DNA of 63,470 nucleotides, filler included. It is 7 parts of 7 records of this genome, joined end to end, with 100 filler letters (N's around TTAATTAATTAA, not from the genome) between each part and the next. Parts side by side here need not be neighbours in the genome. Positions count along the whole stretch, not along the records: positions 1 to 13,874 come from SRR20825010_2570; 6 more parts are not named here. One strand, 5' to 3'. Below are positions 1-9,980 of the stretch, piece by piece. The position numbers were made by a program, and so were the translations under genes. The notes beneath the pieces are model-generated. The model had not been told where the DNA came from. It saw only the letters and a list, made by a program, of their open reading frames with translations, and searched no databases. How positions within the stretch are numbered: the stretch's first letter is position 1; the number at the start of each line of letters is the position of its first letter.

Positions 1-141
1 CGGAAACCTGACATACATCATCACCGCCAGGCGGATGATCTCGGGAGACGTCTTGAAATAGCGAAACGGGTTCTGTTTTGTCATGCTCGAAAGCTAGTCG
101 ACGACCAAATGGCCATCAAGCCATTTTCTTCTGACAAAGCC
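1..141 (-). mobile_element. IS6-family insertion sequence, left end with transposase N-terminus (84..1), cut by window edge
   Basis: Minus strand from ATG at 84 reads MTKQNPFRYFKTSPEIIRLAVMMYVRFP, a typical IS6 transposase start. Terminus GGCTTTGTCAG at 141 resembles IS6 GG-starting inverted repeats. Confidence 0.85.
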
Positions 142-327
142 CTGGCGGTGCTATCAGACGAATATGACCTTGTCTCAATGTTGTCCGACGAACGCGGCGC
201 AGTCTCTGTTTCGCGTAAATTGGCGTAAAGGTGCCCTTATTACTCCGCACTAAGTTGCTGTCAATCAAACGCGTGGCATTTCTCTGAAGCTTGAATTCTT
301 TACAGCTAGAATCTGCAAATAGTCATT

Positions 328-1170
328 TCAGTCCATGATGAAGGCAAGCAGATCGGCGTTGAGCGTCTCCGCGTTGAGAGTCAACATACCATGGCCAAAT
401 CCCGGATATGTTTTCAGCGTGCCATTGCGCAGCAATTTTACCGCAAGTCTAGCGCTGTTGTCGATCGGCACGATCTGGTCATCTTCGCCATGAAGAACGA
501 GCGTTGGCACCGACATTGCCTCCAGATCTTCGGTTTGATCGGTTTCGGAAAAAGCCTTGATCCCGTCATAGTGCGCTTTCGCACCGCCCATCATTCCCTG
601 CCGCCACCAGTTCATTATAACGCCCTGATGCACGACAGCCTCCGGTCGATTGAAGCCATAGAAAGGGCCGCTTGGTACATCGAGGAAGAATTGCGCCCGG
701 TTTGCCGCCAGAGCCTCTCGGAAGCCATCGAATACTTCGATCGATAACCCGCCAGGATAACGCTCGGACTTGACCATCATCGGTGGAACGGCGCTGACTA
801 GAACGGCCTTAGCCACACGACCTTCCGGCTCTCCGTGCCGTGCAACGTAACGCGCCACCTCTCCTCCCCCTGTAGAGTGCCCAATATGGATGGCATTGCG
901 CAGGTCCAGCTGCTGGACCACAGCGGCTGCATCCGCGGCGTAATTTGTCATCGCATGGCCATCCGCGACCTGATCGGAACGGCCGTGGCCACGGCGGTCG
1001 TGAGCGACGACGCGATAGCCTTTCGACAGAAAATAAAGCATTTGTGCGTCCCAATCGTCAGACGAAAGGGGCCAGCCATGATGGAACATGATGGGTTGCG
1101 CGTCCTTAGGCCCCCAATCCTTGAAAAAGATGCGTACGCCATCCTGTGTCGTCACAAAACCAGTTGTCAT
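328..1170 (-). CDS. Alpha/beta hydrolase, non-heme chloroperoxidase/perhydrolase family
   Basis: [15 protein letters not shown] and GHSTGG motifs plus C-terminal D/H. Start moved to ATG 1170 (SD AGAAGGAA). Confidence 0.9.
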   Translation of the reverse strand: MTTGFVTTQDGVRIFFKDWGPKDAQPIMFHHGWPLSSDDWDAQMLYFLSKGYRVVAHDRRGHGRSDQVADGHAMTNYAADAAAVVQQLDLRNAIHIGHSTGGGEVARYVARHGEPEGRVAKAVLVSAVPPMMVKSERYPGGLSIEVFDGFREALAANRAQFFLDVPSGPFYGFNRPEAVVHQGVIMNWWRQGMMGGAKAHYDGIKAFSETDQTEDLEAMSVPTLVLHGEDDQIVPIDNSARLAVKLLRNGTLKTYPGFGHGMLTLNAETLNADLLAFIMD

Positions 1171-1229
1171 GAAAGAAGTTCCTTCTGTTTGATAGTTAAT
1201 AGGCGCTGCGATCGCCGCTTCCAACCTGT

Positions 1230-2036
1230 TCACTTTCGCTTTGCGCCATCTTGCCTTGAAATGGTTTGTGCAGCTTCATCAATCACAGCGGCAACCACTT
1301 TTGGCTGTGTCATGAAGACTGCGTGGCTGGCGGCGACCTTGGTGATCCTGGCGCCGATACGTTCCGCCATGTGCAATAGCATGGCCTGATCGAACGCGTT
1401 GTCTTCGGTCGCAATGACGGCCCAGCTTGGCTTGGACCGCCAAGCTGCGTGCTTCAGCTTAGAACCGAATGCCGCCATATTGATGGGGACTTGCGAATCC
1501 CGCATGAAGGCGACATCCGCATTGTCGACATCATGGGCAAAACCGGACGCGAAATTCTCCGGCCTTACATAACCGAAACCATCCTCCGTCGTATCAAGAA
1601 CGAATTCGGATGCAGGTGCAAAGCCTTCATATTGCTGCGCGGTCGTCTCGCCTGCATCTGGAGATAGCGCCGACACATAGACAAGCGCGGCAACCTTCGG
1701 ATCGATCCCGGCCTCGGTAATGACAGTACCACCCCAGGAGTGCCCCACGAGAACGACCGGACCGTCCTGCTGATCGAGGGCGCGTTTAGTTGCTGCAACA
1801 TCATCTTCGAGAGAGGTTAGCGGATTTTGGACAATCGTGACCCGATATCCCCGCTGGGTCAGTTCATCATAGACGCCGCGCCAACCGGAGCCGTCCGCAA
1901 AGGCGCCGTGAACGAGCACAACATTTCTTACCGATTGGTTTAGAGGTATCGGGTCCGAAGCCATCGCCGTCTTCAGAGTCATGATGGCCACAGTAGCAGT
2001 AATCAGTGCGAGAATTTTGCTTGTCTTGGTGATCAT
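1230..2036 (-). CDS. Secreted alpha/beta hydrolase (Abhydrolase_6 esterase-like)
   Basis: N-terminal signal peptide; VLVHGAFADGS and GHSWGG motifs. Confidence 0.85.
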   Translation of the reverse strand: MITKTSKILALITATVAIMTLKTAMASDPIPLNQSVRNVVLVHGAFADGSGWRGVYDELTQRGYRVTIVQNPLTSLEDDVAATKRALDQQDGPVVLVGHSWGGTVITEAGIDPKVAALVYVSALSPDAGETTAQQYEGFAPASEFVLDTTEDGFGYVRPENFASGFAHDVDNADVAFMRDSQVPINMAAFGSKLKHAAWRSKPSWAVIATEDNAFDQAMLLHMAERIGARITKVAASHAVFMTQPKVVAAVIDEAAQTISRQDGAKRK

Positions 2037-2092
2037 CGAGATTTCCTTTTCAAACCTTCAGGCGGAGCGGGTCCACCCGTTTCGATAACTAT

Positions 2093-2872
2093 TCAAACTG
2101 TCGGTATGGTCCCACCATCAATGACGAATTCTGAGCCGGTAATGGCTGCTGCCCGATCAGACGCCAGAAAAGCAATGAGATCTGCAACTTCACGGGGTTT
2201 TGTGGGGCGGCCAATCGGAATGCCGCCAAGTGCATCCATGATGATCTTCTTGCCACCTTCGTAATCCGTACCGGCTTGCTCGGCCAGCCTCTCAGCGAGC
2301 TTCACGGCTGCTTCCGTCTCGATCCAGCCCGGCGACACCCGCACCACGCGAACCCCCTTGGAGGCCACCTCTTTTGACAGCGCCTTGCTGTATGTTGACA
2401 GGGCCGCCTTTGCTGCTGCATAAGCGGTGGTCGACTCCGGCAACGGTAATTGCCGCTGGATTGACGACACGTGGATGACGACGCCACTTCCCCGCTCGAC
2501 CATTTCCGGAACGAGCTCCCGATCCAGTCGAACGGCCGGAAACAGGTTGAGATACAGTTCCTTGTGCCAATCATCTTCGGCAAGCGCCGCAAAGCCTCCG
2601 CCCGGCGCGGATGACCCGCCGAGCATATGCACTATGATATCCACACCGCCGAGACGCTCACGCGCGGCTCGGGCAACCATGGCGCAGTCCTTTTCACTGG
2701 TAAGGTCGGCAGGCACAAAAAGGGCTTTAGGAAGCGTCTCAGGTCGAGATCGAGCAGTCGTGAGCACCTTTGCACCTAGTTCTCGAAACAGTTCCACGGT
2801 AGCGGCGCCTGCCCCCTTCGTTCCTGCGGTAATGAGGATACGCTTGTCTGCAAAGGAGATGAATTCCTTCAT
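2093..2872 (-). CDS. Short-chain dehydrogenase/reductase
   Basis: TAGTKGAG Rossmann motif, YAAAK catalytic motif, C-terminal IDGG. Confidence 0.9.
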   Translation of the reverse strand: MKEFISFADKRILITAGTKGAGAATVELFRELGAKVLTTARSRPETLPKALFVPADLTSEKDCAMVARAARERLGGVDIIVHMLGGSSAPGGGFAALAEDDWHKELYLNLFPAVRLDRELVPEMVERGSGVVIHVSSIQRQLPLPESTTAYAAAKAALSTYSKALSKEVASKGVRVVRVSPGWIETEAAVKLAERLAEQAGTDYEGGKKIIMDALGGIPIGRPTKPREVADLIAFLASDRAAAITGSEFVIDGGTIPTV

Positions 2873-3192
2873 TCCCGGATCTCCAACGCAACGATCTTGT
2901 TGTCCCCTACGGTGAAGTGGAAATCGAGTTTCACCGGACTGTTGGGAAACGCTCCACTTACAATCGCACGAACACAGGTTTTATCGCCCGTAGTTGTCGT
3001 CTCGATAGGTTCATTGACGTGATGGGTCTGCTTCTTCGCTGCAGTCCACCATTCACGGATCGCGTGAACTCCCTCATGGAGGGCGCGCTCATCCTCGACC
3101 ACTGCATCGACAGAAAACAGTGCTGCCAGAGCAACGGGATCGTTGCGCCGGTCGGTTTCAAAATAGGCCTTCACAATGTCGGGCATGTCCAT
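2869..3192 (-). CDS. SnoaL/NTF2-like small protein
   Basis: 107 aa with [11 protein letters not shown] and GAFPNSPV patterns; overlaps the SDR start (coupled). Confidence 0.8.
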   Translation of the reverse strand: MDMPDIVKAYFETDRRNDPVALAALFSVDAVVEDERALHEGVHAIREWWTAAKKQTHHVNEPIETTTTGDKTCVRAIVSGAFPNSPVKLDFHFTVGDNKIVALEIRE

Positions 3193-3295
3193 TGGAGTTA
3201 TTCCTTTCTGTAGAATACCGATGAGACATTTAGGGGTTGACGATTATTCTGACAAGAAGGATAAAGTGGCATGGAGTATTGAAAAAATCAGGACA

Positions 3296-4204
3296 ATGGA
3301 ACGCGCTAGCCTGAACCAACTTGAAGCTGTCATCGCAATTGCAAGAAGAGGTACGTTTCGTGCCGCTTCAATCGATCTGGGGATGTCAACGACCGCACTC
3401 AGTCATTCCATTGGCAAACTTGAGACTGACCTGGGGGTTCGACTGTTTAACCGTACGACGCGCAGCGTCTCGCTAACGGATGCCGGCAGGCTTTTTGTGG
3501 CGCATGTGGGACCTGCATTGCAGGACATTCATGGTGCTTTGGATTCTGTACGGTCGCAACGTGATACGCCATCAGGGACGATACGGATCAATGCCCCGCC
3601 CTTTGCTGCACGCGAAATAATCTCGCCTCTGGTAACAGAATATCTCCGTCGCTACCCGGACATGAACGTAGATCTGGTTACCGAAGGTCGATTGGTCGAT
3701 ATCGTTGCCGAAGGCTTTGATCTGGGCGTGCGGGTCGCTGGCCTTATTCCCAGCGACATGATCGCCGTTTCACTTGGCCGTCCGCAACGTTACGCCATCG
3801 TCGCTTCCCCTGATTACATTGTGCATCATGGCAGGCCACTCGTACCACCCGACCTTCTCAATCACCAATGCATTCGTATTCGACTGCCTGATGGATCGCT
3901 GTTTCGGTGGCGTTTCGAGAAAGACCGAAAACCCGTTCAGATTGATGTGGATGGCTCCCTCACTGCGGACGAAACAAGCGTCGCTCGAAGCGCCGTGCTC
4001 GAGGATGTGGGGATAGCCTGCTTCATGGAACAAAGCGTTCTCGAAGACATCGAAGCAGGACGCCTGGTGCGCATATTGGATGACTGGACGCCGCCGTTCC
4101 CTGGACTTTGCCTCTACTATCCTGGTCGTCGAAATCTTTCCGCTGGCATCAAGGCCTTTCTGGCATTGGCGCGCGAACTTGCTAAACAACACAAAAATCG
4201 ATAG
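3296..4204 (+). CDS. LysR-family transcriptional regulator (CrgA-like)
   Basis: HTH with [12 protein letters not shown]; divergent from the SnoaL-SDR-hydrolase operon; start at ATG 3296 gives 302 aa. Confidence 0.92.
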   Translation: MERASLNQLEAVIAIARRGTFRAASIDLGMSTTALSHSIGKLETDLGVRLFNRTTRSVSLTDAGRLFVAHVGPALQDIHGALDSVRSQRDTPSGTIRINAPPFAAREIISPLVTEYLRRYPDMNVDLVTEGRLVDIVAEGFDLGVRVAGLIPSDMIAVSLGRPQRYAIVASPDYIVHHGRPLVPPDLLNHQCIRIRLPDGSLFRWRFEKDRKPVQIDVDGSLTADETSVARSAVLEDVGIACFMEQSVLEDIEAGRLVRILDDWTPPFPGLCLYYPGRRNLSAGIKAFLALARELAKQHKNR

Positions 4205-4214
4205 CTGCTCACCG

Positions 4215-4335
4215 TCATCGCAAGGCGGATGACCTCAGGCGAGGTTTTAAAATAGCGGAACGGGTTCTGTGTTGACATGCTCGGAGGCTGATCGACGAGC
4301 AAATGACCATCAAGCAATTTTCTTCTTACATTGCA
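4215..4335 (-). mobile_element. Degenerate IS6 left-end remnant (second copy)
   Basis: ATG 4278 reads MSTQNPFRYFKTSPEVIRLA and then loses similarity. Nucleotide similarity to 20-141, including a decayed terminal repeat. Confidence 0.8.
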
Positions 4336-4424
4336 ACGGTGAGGGTTAGAGCTTCCGCTCAAGACGGGGCTGCCTCGTCGTGCAAAATGCAGACGCCGAA
4401 AGGAAACCCTAACCCAACAAGAGT

Positions 4425-5414
4425 TTAATAGTCCCAGAAAGCCGCTACCCAACGAAATGCGTCGCCATCGACAGCCACCCTGCCAACGGAAGGAAACGGC
4501 AGATGAGTAGCCACCAACAGCTCACCTGTCTCAGCTGCTTCTTGCAGAAGGCGGACCCGAACTCGAACAGATTCTTCGGGATCATGTTCAAAGCCGTTAT
4601 GCCACTCGGGATGATCGAAACCAACGGGGAAGATTGCGTCGCCAGCAAAGGTCAACCGGTCGTCACCAGACGTCACACGGACTACACTGTGGCCAGGTGT
4701 GTGACCGCCTGTACGCCAAACAACCACACCGGGTGCAACCTCTTGCTCTTGGTCGAACGTTCGCAGCTGGCTACCATATTCGTCAAGAAACTGCCTGGCC
4801 GTGGTCCGAAGTACGTTTGGAACTGGCTTGGGCATGGATGTGCTTGAGAAATCCGGCGACGCCCAGAAATTAACTTCAGTGGCCGCCACATGAATCCGAA
4901 GATCTGGACGCAAACGTTTCTTTACTTCATCGACGAGCAACCCGCCGACGTGATCCATATGCATATGGGTAATCACTACATCGGTCACGGACGCGAGATC
5001 AATACCGGCTGCCTCCAGTCGCTTGGGAAACTGCCCCGCCCGCGGAAAGCCGGGGAACTGCCCTCCTAATCCCGCGTCGACAAGTATGGTCTGCTCACCG
5101 CTACGCACCACAAGCACGTTCAATGCCCAATCGAATGCATCCGGCGGAAGGAACATTCCTTCAAACCAGGCTGCCCGGGCGGCCGGGTCGGCATTGGTGG
5201 CCAATGTCGCGGTTGGCAGAGGGAGCACACCGTCGCTTACCACCAATACATCAATCTCGCCAACCCTCAACGCATAGCGCGAAGGAACGAGTTCCTCAAC
5301 GCCAATCCGATTTGGGGAAGCGGCGGTTTCCGTATTCATTTTTACCGCCAGGTTATCCATGCTTTTCTGATATTTTTCGTGATCTCTTGTGCTGTAATTA
5401 AAAGATTCTGACAT
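4425..5414 (-). CDS. MBL-fold metallo-hydrolase (methyl-parathion hydrolase/lactonase-like)
   Basis: THMHMDH, GHTPGH, GD and ATH metal-ligand motifs. Confidence 0.9.
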   Translation of the reverse strand: MSESFNYSTRDHEKYQKSMDNLAVKMNTETAASPNRIGVEELVPSRYALRVGEIDVLVVSDGVLPLPTATLATNADPAARAAWFEGMFLPPDAFDWALNVLVVRSGEQTILVDAGLGGQFPGFPRAGQFPKRLEAAGIDLASVTDVVITHMHMDHVGGLLVDEVKKRLRPDLRIHVAATEVNFWASPDFSSTSMPKPVPNVLRTTARQFLDEYGSQLRTFDQEQEVAPGVVVWRTGGHTPGHSVVRVTSGDDRLTFAGDAIFPVGFDHPEWHNGFEHDPEESVRVRVRLLQEAAETGELLVATHLPFPSVGRVAVDGDAFRWVAAFWDY

Positions 5415-5759
5415 CGTCGTTTTCCTGTTACTTTGGTCAATATTTTAGGACGGAAACCATTCTCTAAGTATGAGATAAATGGTTCTTCCAGTGAAAGAGG
5501 ATGCACCGCAATGCACCTTTTCCGATACTGTTCCCGGGTATAGGTTGTGACCACTAATCGTCAGGCGTACATATGCTTTAGCATGATCATTCCTGGCAGA
5601 GAGGCATAAGCATTTAGCGAACCGAGATCCGGCGGTTAAGCGAAACCCTCCTCTACACATGAAAATCAGTATATGAACCGCAACTGCTACCCCGCAGCGC
5701 AAAGCATGGGCTACTTTATATTCAAGTCCTGGTGGACAGGACGACTTAGGTTGCTGAAG

Positions 5760-6233
5760 TTAATTGTGATCTGTTTTCACGAGAAGCATCGTCCGCAAGC
5801 CTAATGAAACTCGATTCCATGCGTTGGCGAATGCAATGATCAGAGTGAGTTCCTCCAACTCCTCTCGAGAAAAAAAGCCCGCCGCTTCTTCAATAGCTGG
5901 ATCAGGGGATACTATCTCACGGTTCGTAGTTAATGTCTCCGCCCATAACAGCGCAGCGCGCTCGCGATTGGTATACAGAGACGATACTCGCCAATTTTTC
6001 AATAGATTGAGGCGATCGTCTGTCTCTCCACGTCTTCGCGCATTGCTTCTGTGCATAAGGATACAATATGGGCATCTGTTCAATTGCGAAATTCTAATTT
6101 TGACCAACTCGGTCAAAACTTTATCAAGTACGCCGCTTTCCATGTCATCGGAGAACATAGTCATTGCACGCATAAGTTCAGGGATCTCATTCGCAGGGGG
6201 TTGTCTTTGTGTCATTATGCATTGCTCAGTCAT
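5760..6233 (-). CDS. AhpD/carboxymuconolactone decarboxylase family protein
   Basis: ELVKIRISQLNRCPYCILMH (CxxC..H), RERAAL, NAWNR. Confidence 0.85.
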   Translation of the reverse strand: MTEQCIMTQRQPPANEIPELMRAMTMFSDDMESGVLDKVLTELVKIRISQLNRCPYCILMHRSNARRRGETDDRLNLLKNWRVSSLYTNRERAALLWAETLTTNREIVSPDPAIEEAAGFFSREELEELTLIIAFANAWNRVSLGLRTMLLVKTDHN

Positions 6234-6310
6234 AAATCAAGGAGCTGAATTAAAGATCGACCAAACGAAGTTCGATCTAATTTTCAAATCCTTAAAATTG
6301 AAACTACCCA

Positions 6311-7060
6311 TTAAATCAACGATATACCACCATCAGCGTGCAGATTCACACCGTTAATGAAGCTGCTCGAGCTAGAAGCAAGAAACAGTGCGGCCCGCGC
6401 TAGTTCATCAGCCTCACCAAATCGTCCCACCGGTATCATGTCTCGCATTATTTCCTCGAAATGCGGCCTGTCGCCTTCAGAAATACCAAGCTTGGCTAGT
6501 ATGGAAGTGTCGACCGGCCCCGGGCTTAAAATGTTAACCCGTATTTTCCGGGCTTTTAGTTCCAATACCCAATTGCGAGCAAAAGCGTTAATTGCAGCTT
6601 TCGTTCCAGCGTAAACAGCATGATTTTCTAGTACTTTGGTTGCCGCCAGAGAACTAATCAGGATAATACATCCCCCTTCTCGCATGAGGGGTAGCAGTGT
6701 CTGAACGCCAAAGAAGGTACCACGTGTATTCACTGCAAACTGACGATCATAGTCTGTCATCGTAACTTTTTCAGACGGCGACAGATGAATAACGCCGGCG
6801 TTGGCGACGTATATATCAAGCCCGCCAAATCTGTCTCTGATTTCAGTAGCCAGTTTTTTATGATGTTCAAGATCAGAGACATCGCCCTTTATACCGATTA
6901 CGCCGTAGCCAATCTCCACAACGGCATTATCAAGAACGTCCTTCCTGCGACCTGTAATGATCACCCGAGCTCCTTCTTGCGCAAACAGCCGTGCTGTCGC
7001 CTTGCCGATACCGCTATTTCCGCCGGTAACTACCGCGATTTGTCCTTTCAACGATTGCAT
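6311..7060 (-). CDS. Short-chain dehydrogenase/reductase
   Basis: TGGNSGIG, NAG and YAGTK motifs. Confidence 0.92.
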   Translation of the reverse strand: MQSLKGQIAVVTGGNSGIGKATARLFAQEGARVIITGRRKDVLDNAVVEIGYGVIGIKGDVSDLEHHKKLATEIRDRFGGLDIYVANAGVIHLSPSEKVTMTDYDRQFAVNTRGTFFGVQTLLPLMREGGCIILISSLAATKVLENHAVYAGTKAAINAFARNWVLELKARKIRVNILSPGPVDTSILAKLGISEGDRPHFEEIMRDMIPVGRFGEADELARAALFLASSSSSFINGVNLHADGGISLI

Positions 7061-7189
7061 AAGTCGATGCCTCCAGTTTTACTGCTTGACGATTTGATGG
7101 TTTCGTTCGTTCCGCACATTCCCGAAGCGGTGAAGCAAATGTGTTTGATGGCATGACTCGCAAATGCTAAGCCATGCCTCTTCATCATG

Positions 7190-8161
7190 CTAACCGGAAA
7201 TAAAAGTAAACAGATCTCGATTGATTACATCCGGATGCGTTGCGCACATTCCATGAGGGAACCTCTTGTATGTTTTAAGTGTCGCATTCTTGAGAAGTTT
7301 TGCGGCCAATGGGGCGGAATCGGCATATGGGACAATCTGGTCATCATCACCATGCATGACTAATGTCGGGACGTCTACGGACGTAAGATCTTCCGTGAAA
7401 TCTGTCTCAGAAAACGCCTTTATGCAGTCATAGTGCGCTTTTGCACTGCCGGCCATACCTTGGCTCCACCAGTTCTGGATCAACCCTTGAATAGGGGTAA
7501 TTCCGGAACGGTTAAATCCGTAGAATGGTCCAGATGCAAAGTCGAGGTAGAACTGTGAGCGGTTCGCGGCGAGCGCAGTCCTGATTCCGTCGAATACTTC
7601 AATCGGAAGGCCGCCGGGATTATCAGGTGTTTTCAGCATGATAGGCGTAACCGAACCAATAAGGACCAGTTTTGACACTCGGCCAGACTTCGATCTTGCC
7701 ACGTAATGAGCTGCTTCTCCGCCACCGGTTGAATGTCCGATATGGATCGCATTTTTGAGATCGAGTTCATCAACCAATGCCGCTACATCTGCTGCATAGG
7801 TATCCATCTCATTTCCTTCATCGGTCTGCGAAGACCGCCCGTGACCCCGACGGTCGTGAGCGATCACCCGATACCCTTTGGCGAGAAAATAGAGCAGTTG
7901 ATTGTCCCACTCGTCCGCTGTAAGTGGCCATCCGTGATGGAAGACGAGAGGTTGTCCATTTCGAGGACCCCAATCCTTGTAAAATATACTGACGCCATCT
8001 TTTGTTGTAATGAAATTTGTCATCTTTTGTCCTTTCAATTTTGGGGGCCGCAAAGCAGATTGCGGCTGAAACGCTTCCGCACATGAAGTTAGAAGGATCG
8101 CGCAAACGCTAGCAGACAGGAATTCGCGACGATCAAGGCTTAAAAAGTTTTTTTTAGCCAT
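7190..8161 (-). CDS. Non-heme chloroperoxidase-like alpha/beta hydrolase with Tat/lipoprotein-like leader (alternative start at 8023)
   Basis: Paralog of 328-1170 (HHGWPL, GHSTGG). Leader has DRREFL and LLTSC. Confidence 0.88.
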   Translation of the reverse strand: MAKKNFLSLDRREFLSASVCAILLTSCAEAFQPQSALRPPKLKGQKMTNFITTKDGVSIFYKDWGPRNGQPLVFHHGWPLTADEWDNQLLYFLAKGYRVIAHDRRGHGRSSQTDEGNEMDTYAADVAALVDELDLKNAIHIGHSTGGGEAAHYVARSKSGRVSKLVLIGSVTPIMLKTPDNPGGLPIEVFDGIRTALAANRSQFYLDFASGPFYGFNRSGITPIQGLIQNWWSQGMAGSAKAHYDCIKAFSETDFTEDLTSVDVPTLVMHGDDDQIVPYADSAPLAAKLLKNATLKTYKRFPHGMCATHPDVINRDLFTFISG

Positions 8162-8207
8162 ATTTATTCCTCGGCATGGATTTATTGGGCGTAGTAATTT
8201 TTAGAGA

Positions 8208-9419
8208 CTAAAAATTTACGACTGAGCTTGGGTTAGCATAAGCAAGAGCCACTTTTCGGTCGGCTTTGGGAGGGTAAATCCATATGGTATTGACTTCCTG
8301 CTTTATCGTTTTGGCATCCGCGCCCATCGCTTCAACTTTTCGATCCCAACCCCGTGTAAAGAGGGCTCCGGGTTCCCCAAGATCGAGGCAGGTGACATAG
8401 GTCCGCTGGTGATAGGGCTCCGGTTCAACATTCAGTAAACTCGCGGCGGCATTATTTCCTGCAAAAGCACCCATTCGCTTTGCGTGCTGACATGACATCA
8501 GGGTATGATTTCCAAGGTCATCGGTTGGTGCTTTCGCCGCATCTCCCGTGACATAGACATTAGCTACTCCGGGAACTGCCAAATTTGAATCCACTATCAA
8601 GCGGCCCAGATTGTCATGTTCCGCGCCAATGAATCGGGTCAGTGGTGTTGCGCGCATCCCGGCGGACCAGATGACTGTCGATGCCTCGATCCTCTTGCCA
8701 TCTGACAGAGTTACGCCGTCGACGTCGACGCCCGTGATTCCTGTGCCTGTAAGCGTCGTTATTCCAAGTTGGTCGAGCGCTTGCATGATATGCGGGCGCG
8801 CTTCATCACCCATATCCGATGCAATGTTCGGTGAACGGTCGACCAAGATCACCTGTATTTTCTCATCTTGACCAAAAATTTTGCGAAGGCGCGACGGCAA
8901 CTCAGTCGCAACTTCAATTCCCGTAAACCCGCCGCCTGCGACAACAATTGTGCTGCGTTTTACGCTCGCCGGACGCTTGACGAGACTGTGCAAATGATTG
9001 TCGAGGGAAACGGCATCAGAAACGTTATCTACACTAAACGTATGTTCATCGACGCCAGCAATTGGAGGGCGAAACAAACTACTGCCTGCAGCTAGGATCA
9101 AACGATCGTAGCTCATTTTCCGTTCGTCCTTACCCTGGTTTTCAAAGGTAATTGTTTGATCCTCGGTATCTATCGCGTTGACTGTTCCTTGAATAAAGTT
9201 CACATCAATGACGCTGAAAAGGTCCAGAAGCGGAACTACCATTTTTTCAGGGTTTGGTTCGTAGAGTCTCGGACGAACCGTCAGCACTGGATTGGGAGCA
9301 ATTACAGTAATTTCGAGATCACTGCTCGAGACTTTTTGAATGTCACGGAGCCGGGCGGCAGAGAGAGCGGCATCGGTGGCAGCAAAACCAGCGCCAATAA
9401 TCAATATACGTTTAGTCAT
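8208..9419 (-). CDS. NAD(P)/FAD-dependent oxidoreductase, NDH-2-like
   Basis: IIGAGFA and GGGFTGIE dinucleotide-binding motifs, GD motif; start ATG 9419 with SD GGAAGGA. Confidence 0.9.
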   Translation of the reverse strand: MTKRILIIGAGFAATDAALSAARLRDIQKVSSSDLEITVIAPNPVLTVRPRLYEPNPEKMVVPLLDLFSVIDVNFIQGTVNAIDTEDQTITFENQGKDERKMSYDRLILAAGSSLFRPPIAGVDEHTFSVDNVSDAVSLDNHLHSLVKRPASVKRSTIVVAGGGFTGIEVATELPSRLRKIFGQDEKIQVILVDRSPNIASDMGDEARPHIMQALDQLGITTLTGTGITGVDVDGVTLSDGKRIEASTVIWSAGMRATPLTRFIGAEHDNLGRLIVDSNLAVPGVANVYVTGDAAKAPTDDLGNHTLMSCQHAKRMGAFAGNNAAASLLNVEPEPYHQRTYVTCLDLGEPGALFTRGWDRKVEAMGADAKTIKQEVNTIWIYPPKADRKVALAYANPSSVVNF

Positions 9420-9980
9420 TATCTTTCCTTCCAAAGTGCAAAAGAGATGCCGGCAGACTGGTCCTTGGGAGAAAAGGACCTTTAAGGGGAGGGAGGAGAG
9501 TGTCTGCCGGCCCAGCTTGAATTGCCTGGCAACGATGCCGTACCAAATCGAACATACGAGAAACAACCGACGATATTGAGATTACAAAATTCTCTTTACT
9601 TACTTTTGAGGGCATTTGCGTCTGTCCTGTTTTGGTGGCTTACGTTTCCAAACAAGACAAATTTACGCGTTTTGAAAGCTTCCGACGATCGGACGAAAGT
9701 GTAGACTGACTATTACTGAAGTATAGGAGAAGTGCGTCGAACGTTGATTGTTACTTAAACTAAGCAAGGAAAGTGAAAACTCGCAGCCCTGGCAACGCCG
9801 AGTTAACCTCGATAATTCGCATTGCTAAGCTGTGCGGGCGGCAGAGTAATTACGGCACAGTAATCGTCCGTCCTTCTTTGTTAGTCCAATCCTTACTATT
9901 CAATGCTTCTATTTCAGAGGCCTTGAATCAAAAAGGCGCAAAAATTAGGTTAACAAGTTGGGCTCACATCCTGATCAATT

